This document shows positions 6,737-10,626 of a stretch of DNA of 10,626 nucleotides, piece by piece. Source of the DNA: Planctomycetota bacterium. GTDB taxonomy: Bacteria > Planctomycetota > UBA8108 > UBA1146. Location: positions 1-10,626 of the forward strand of contig JAYZBV010000024.1 in assembly GCA_036338595.1 (NCBI GenBank), given 5' to 3'. Below the pieces are notes generated by a model. The model made no database searches, had not been told where the DNA came from, and saw nothing but the letters and a program-made list of their open reading frames with translations. The position numbers and the translations under genes were made by a program. Numbering within the stretch: the stretch's first letter is position 1; every line of letters begins with the position of its first letter.

Positions 6737-8545
6737 TTAGACCGGGATGCGCAGCAGCGGCACCGGTTCGGTGAACCCCTTCAACTCGTGGGGCTCGATG
6801 GTCCCCACGGCAGGATCGATGCCTGCTGCCTCGGCGATCTCCGGGAGGGTCACCACTTCCCCCACCTCACCACGCGACTGCAATCTCGCCGCCAGGTTGG
6901 TGGTCTTGCCGATGGCCAGCCACTCCTGCTTGAAACTGGAGCCGAGCAGGCCGAACACCACCGGTCCCGAGTTGACCCCTGCACGCAGATCCAGACCCCA
7001 CTCTTCCCCCTGGGCTCGACGAATCTGGCTCGCCACATCGGTTCTCTTCAGCAGGTCGATCGCAAACTGTAATCCACGCCTGCGGTGATCATCTCCCTGG
7101 CATGCTGCCAGCAATCCATCTCCGAGATACTGCAGAGGCCGCACCTGGTACTTCGCCAGCAGTGGTACCGCCAGTTCGAAGACGCTGCGGACCGTCTCCA
7201 TCACCTCCTCGGCAGAGAGTTCGGTTGACCTGAGGGTAAATCCCGCCAGATCCGCGAAGATGATGGTCGCGTCCTCGGTGGTCGTTTTCGATAGTTCTTC
7301 GGCAGGTCTGCCACTGAATCGTTCGATGGTCCGCGATGCATGACGCTCGGGATCCACCTCCCTGAATGAACGATCGACCAGTTCTAACCAGTAGGGATGG
7401 TTCGCCTGAACCGCACGCGAATACGCTTCATCCAGTTGCTCGACGGCAGCCTCGTGCTGGCCGCCGAGAATCTCCTCCTCGGCAAACAACAGTCGACCAA
7501 GAATCTCACCCTCACTCACCTTCTCCATCGAGGAGATCATCGATTCGATCGGTTCCTTCCAGTTCGAAGGGCGTTGCTCCCTCGGCACCAGTCGTACACG
7601 CCAGTAGGCCAGCAACAGTTGCAACTCTGGCTGGCGCAATGATTGACCGGCAGCATCGAGATCGGTCAGTGCATCGTCGAGTCGCTCCTGAAGCGCCAGC
7701 GTCCGGGCGCGAGCCAGCAGTGCAAAGCCAATCAGGGAGTGGGTGCTATCGCCACACTCCTCGAGGATTTCGTCGAGTAACTGTCCCCGTGTACGAACCT
7801 GCTCGGGATCATTCAATTCGACAGCCGCCTGCAATTGCAGGGTCGCGAGCCGCAATCTCGACATCGGTTCCAGATCGCCAGCTCGGCGAGCCCAGGTCTC
7901 ATCGAGCACTTCCAGAGCAGCCACAGGATTGCCATCCTGGATCTCCGAGAGCGCCAGATGTCCCGACGAAATTGCGATGCCCAGATGATCATCGACGAGG
8001 TCCTTGCAGAGGATCGATTTGCGAAGGGTACGGCGGCCCTCGCACCAGGCGCCGAGATAGATATACGCCTGGGCTATGGTATCCAGGAACCATGGACGTG
8101 ACGGAGCCTCTCCGATCTCGTTCATCGCATCGGCCATCACATCGAGCGCTTCCCCGGGGTGGTTTTCCTGCAGATGGATGATCGCCTGTAGCGCCATGGT
8201 GCGTGCTCGTGTCGGAATTTCATCGTCGGGAAGTTCATCGACGAGTAGACGGGCGTTTTCCTTCAACTTCGACAGGATCTGCAGGTCTCCCTGGCAGCGC
8301 CGCAACTGCAGTCGCAATTGCAGCAGTCGCACAACTCGCTGCCATGAATCCTCCAGTTCACCGATCCCGTCGAGTAGTTGCTGAGCGCGATCGAGATCGA
8401 AACGAACTTCAGCGACCGCGGCTTCAGCGAGAGCCTGGACCTCGACCGGAGCACCTTTCGGAATAGCGGGAGCAGCTCCATCGCCTCGGATCACTGCCTC
8501 TTCGACAGAAGCCCACCAGGAAAAGAGGAGCTCGGATTCGCTCAC
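6737..8545 (-). CDS. Class III nucleotide (adenylate/guanylate-type) cyclase with N-terminal TPR-like helical region, soluble, 602 aa
   Basis: C-terminal cyclase motifs TIIFADLAGFT (FADLAGFT at 7235..7258), QYLGDGLLA (QYLGDG at 7115..7132), LRAGVNSGPVVFG, AIGKTTNLAARLQ and HELKGFTEPV. The N-terminal ~400 aa are helical and TPR-like (e.g. FLDTIAQAYIYLGAWCEGRRTLRKSI). No evident TM helix or signal peptide. The GTG start overlaps the upstream TGA. Confidence 0.92.
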   Translation of the reverse strand: MSESELLFSWWASVEEAVIRGDGAAPAIPKGAPVEVQALAEAAVAEVRFDLDRAQQLLDGIGELEDSWQRVVRLLQLRLQLRRCQGDLQILSKLKENARLLVDELPDDEIPTRARTMALQAIIHLQENHPGEALDVMADAMNEIGEAPSRPWFLDTIAQAYIYLGAWCEGRRTLRKSILCKDLVDDHLGIAISSGHLALSEIQDGNPVAALEVLDETWARRAGDLEPMSRLRLATLQLQAAVELNDPEQVRTRGQLLDEILEECGDSTHSLIGFALLARARTLALQERLDDALTDLDAAGQSLRQPELQLLLAYWRVRLVPREQRPSNWKEPIESMISSMEKVSEGEILGRLLFAEEEILGGQHEAAVEQLDEAYSRAVQANHPYWLELVDRSFREVDPERHASRTIERFSGRPAEELSKTTTEDATIIFADLAGFTLRSTELSAEEVMETVRSVFELAVPLLAKYQVRPLQYLGDGLLAACQGDDHRRRGLQFAIDLLKRTDVASQIRRAQGEEWGLDLRAGVNSGPVVFGLLGSSFKQEWLAIGKTTNLAARLQSRGEVGEVVTLPEIAEAAGIDPAVGTIEPHELKGFTEPVPLLRIPV

Positions 8546-9357
8546 TGCGAGTCCTTCTCCTCTCCCGCGTCGAGACGTCGCACCCAGATGTTGCGATATC
8601 GGATCGGGTTGCCGTGATCTTGCAAACTGATGGGAGCCACTTCGGAATGCTTCGAGTAGGAAGGCTTGGAGCGATGTGAGGTGGGACCGAGGAACTTCCG
8701 GTTGTTGTGAACCAGAACTCCGTTATGAACCACGGTAGCACGCGCAGGTGAGAGCAGCGCTCCGTCACCAGCAAAGCGAGGAGCGATGAACATGATGTCG
8801 TAGGACTGCCACTGACCGGGTCCTCTGCAGGCATTGACCATCGGAGGCCACTGGCCATAAAAAGCGGCGCACTGTCCATCGGGATAGGTCGGGTTCTGGT
8901 AAGAATCGAGCACCTGCAACTCGTATCGGTTCATCAGGAACACACCCGAGTTCCCCCGACCTTGTGAACTTCCTTTCACCTCCGGCGGCGTACGAAACTC
9001 GACGTGAAGTTGCATATCCCCGAACGACTCACGACTGGTGATGTTGCCCGAGCCGGGGCGCGCCTCCATCGCTCCATCGACGTTCGCCCAGCGAGCTTCC
9101 TTGCCACCACTGGTCCATGCCGACAGATCTCCGTTGCCCAGTAACACCACAGCATCGGCCGGTGGCGGGACCGGCAGGCTTCCGGCTCCCGGATCGACCA
9201 CGGTCGGCCAGGGTCGCTCCGAATCGTGGACTCTCCACTTCTGCCCCGGGATGAGGGGGGTATCGCGATAACCTGGACGATCTCCATCGTCGTATCCGAC
9301 GGCGGTCACCGTGAACAACAGCAAAAGCATCAAGCAGGTGGGATAAATTCGTGACAT
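8542..9357 (-). CDS. DUF1080 (3-keto-disaccharide hydrolase family) exported protein, 271 aa
   Basis: Motifs FGDMQLHVEF, GRGNSGVFL, YELQVLDSY, PGQWQSYDI and ISLQDHGNPIRYRNIW. Start set at ATG 9357 (GGGAGG 7 nt upstream), followed by signal-like MSRIYPTCLMLLLLFTVTAVG. Confidence 0.93.
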   Translation of the reverse strand: MSRIYPTCLMLLLLFTVTAVGYDDGDRPGYRDTPLIPGQKWRVHDSERPWPTVVDPGAGSLPVPPPADAVVLLGNGDLSAWTSGGKEARWANVDGAMEARPGSGNITSRESFGDMQLHVEFRTPPEVKGSSQGRGNSGVFLMNRYELQVLDSYQNPTYPDGQCAAFYGQWPPMVNACRGPGQWQSYDIMFIAPRFAGDGALLSPARATVVHNGVLVHNNRKFLGPTSHRSKPSYSKHSEVAPISLQDHGNPIRYRNIWVRRLDAGEEKDSQ

Positions 9358-9364
9358 CAGGGCA

Positions 9365-9370
9365 CCTCCC
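9365..9370 (-). promoter_or_regulatory. Shine-Dalgarno site of the DUF1080 gene
   Basis: Minus strand GGGAGGtgccctgATG. Confidence 0.75.
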
Positions 9371-9590
9371 GCAATCCGATGGAGCCAGTCAATCTTCAGG
9401 AACCCCAGCGACAGGGGCTCCAGCCAACAAACAGAAGTTCCGTCAGGATACGACACCGCTCCCGGCCTCGGAACCCGCCCGACAGTCCAGCGCTGCTTGG
9501 CCACCCCTTTTCGACGTGCGATAATGGCATCGGTTATCACCTGGAAGTCGTGCTCGCACAGGGAACTCCCTGATCTACGCACCTTCCCCT

Positions 9591-9595
9591 GGAGG
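9591..9595 (+). promoter_or_regulatory. Shine-Dalgarno site of the planctomycete cytochrome gene
   Basis: GGAGGactcgATG. Confidence 0.7.
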
Positions 9596-9600
9596 ACTCG

Positions 9601-10626
9601 ATGGTGCCTGGCATGCCCGCTCTGTGCATGATGCTAATTGTCCATCTGGCAGCCGTAGGGACTCTCCCTCCCGATACAGGGTCCGAGAAGGAAGAAGCGG
9701 CCCCGCTCTCCTATAACCAGGACATCCGCCCCATTCTTTCGAGCAAATGTTTTGCCTGTCACGGCCCCGATTCGGCCGCACGCAAGGCAGGTTTGCGACT
9801 GGACAACGCCGAGGGTGCCTATCGAGATCGGGATGGAGCCGCAGCGGTGATTCCCGGTGACATCGACAGGAGTCTGCTGGTCGGCAAGATCCTCGCCGAG
9901 GATCCCGACGACAGGATGCCCCCTCCTGAATCTCACAAGAGTCTCGACGACCCGGAACGTGCGGTACTGGTGCGCTGGATCGAGCAAGGTGGCCAATACG
10001 AACCACACTGGGCCTGGGTTCCACCACTTCGAGTTGACCCCCCCACCACCAGTGGGGACTCGATGCAACAACCGATCGATGCCTTCATTCGTGCTCGCCT
10101 CGAGCAGGAGCAACTTCCCTGGAAACCGCGAGCCGATCGGGAAACTCTGATTCGCAGGGCCACGTTCGATCTCACCGGTCTTCCACCGACCATCGAGGAG
10201 GTCGATTCCTTTCTCGCCGACACCGAACCCGACGCCTGGCAACGGCTGCTCGATCGGCTGCTCGCCTCCAGTCGCTTCGGCGAACAGTGGGGAAGAATGT
10301 GGCTCGATGCGGCACGCTATGCCGATACCCATGGTTTGCATCTCGACAATTACCGCGAGATGTGGCCCTACCGCGATCGCGTCATCGCACTTTTTAACGA
10401 AAACCCACCGTTCGATCAGTTCGTCATCGGTCAACTCGCCGGAGACCTACTGCCCGAGGCGCAACTCAGCGACCAGGTCGCCAGCGGTTTCGTTCGATCC
10501 CATCCGACCACAAGCGAGGGCGGTGCGATCAAGGATGAGTACCGGATGATCTACTCGGTCGACCGGACCAACACCTTTGCCACGGTATTTCTGGGCCTGA
10601 CCGCCGGCTGTGCCCAGTGCCACGAG
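9601..10626 (+). CDS. Planctomycete cytochrome c (PSCyt1) + DUF1549 (PSCyt2) protein, likely DUF1549/DUF1553 type; 3' end outside the window (342 aa visible)
   Basis: Manual translation, open to the window end and missed by the ORF track: MVPGMPALCMMLIVHLAAVG...YNQDIRPILSSKCFACHGPD (CxxCH 9748..9762)...RMPPPES...RWIEQGG...HWAW...PIDAFI...LIRRATFDLTGLPPT...WLDAARYADTHG...QLAGDLLP...FLGLTAGCAQCHE (CxxCH 10609..10623). Confidence 0.95.
   Translation, partial: MVPGMPALCMMLIVHLAAVGTLPPDTGSEKEEAAPLSYNQDIRPILSSKCFACHGPDSAARKAGLRLDNAEGAYRDRDGAAAVIPGDIDRSLLVGKILAEDPDDRMPPPESHKSLDDPERAVLVRWIEQGGQYEPHWAWVPPLRVDPPTTSGDSMQQPIDAFIRARLEQEQLPWKPRADRETLIRRATFDLTGLPPTIEEVDSFLADTEPDAWQRLLDRLLASSRFGEQWGRMWLDAARYADTHGLHLDNYREMWPYRDRVIALFNENPPFDQFVIGQLAGDLLPEAQLSDQVASGFVRSHPTTSEGGAIKDEYRMIYSVDRTNTFATVFLGLTAGCAQCHE

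Noticed and set aside
2159..8545. Calling the locus a canonical Pycsar, CBASS or Avs system
   Set aside because: There is no cNMP-binding TM/TIR effector and no CD-NTase motif, the STAND P-loop is degenerate, and the genes are not one operon. Kept only as analogy.
2182..9573. Numerous 60-270 aa ORFs nested in or antisense to the main genes (e.g. 7366..8181, 3106..3702, 6704..7072)
   Set aside because: Mostly Arg/Pro/Ser-rich low-information translations expected in 60% GC DNA, with no domain motifs.
9358..9582. 75-aa N-terminal extension of the DUF1080 ORF
   Set aside because: ATG 9357 has a good RBS and is directly followed by a signal-like peptide. The extension would fill the divergent promoter region.
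9575..10549. Track ORFs 9634..10434 (-), 9575..10027 (-), 9857..10150 (+), 9933..10223 (-) and 10307..10549 (+)
   Set aside because: Antisense or off-frame shadows of the clearly recognisable PSCyt/DUF1549 gene.
1..10626. CRISPR arrays, tRNA/rRNA genes, IS elements or integrases
   Set aside because: No spaced direct repeats, cloverleaf motifs or transposase/integrase signatures were seen by eye. Intergenic gaps are all under 250 bp.

Overview
GC-rich (~60%) bacterial window, very probably from Planctomycetota, judging by a PSCyt1/PSCyt2-type cytochrome gene and a DUF1080 gene. It holds six genes, two of which run off the edges and are absent from the supplied ORF track. (1) A large secreted modular protein (1..1926, minus strand, truncated) with a cohesin-like domain, a beta-rich middle, a Ca-binding repeat and an FN3-like domain. 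(2) A ~1325-aa protein (2159..6136, minus) with a HEPN-like N-terminal domain (RNDFIGH), an Ig-like insert, a STAND/AAA_16 module with degenerate nucleotide-binding motifs, and TPRs. (3) An orphan GroES-family co-chaperonin (6291..6704, plus). (4) A soluble TPR-like plus class III nucleotide cyclase (6737..8545, minus) with intact catalytic residues but non-canonical base-specificity residues. (5) An exported DUF1080 protein (8542..9357, minus) whose stop overlaps the cyclase start. (6) A planctomycete cytochrome c/DUF1549 protein (9601..>10626, plus). The best candidate for an undescribed system is the atypical cyclase / orphan GroES / HEPN-pseudoSTAND-TPR trio. The motifs are visible in the sequence, but any functional link among the three is inference. 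Domain calls come from manual motif recognition, not database searches. No tRNA, rRNA, CRISPR array or mobile element was seen.
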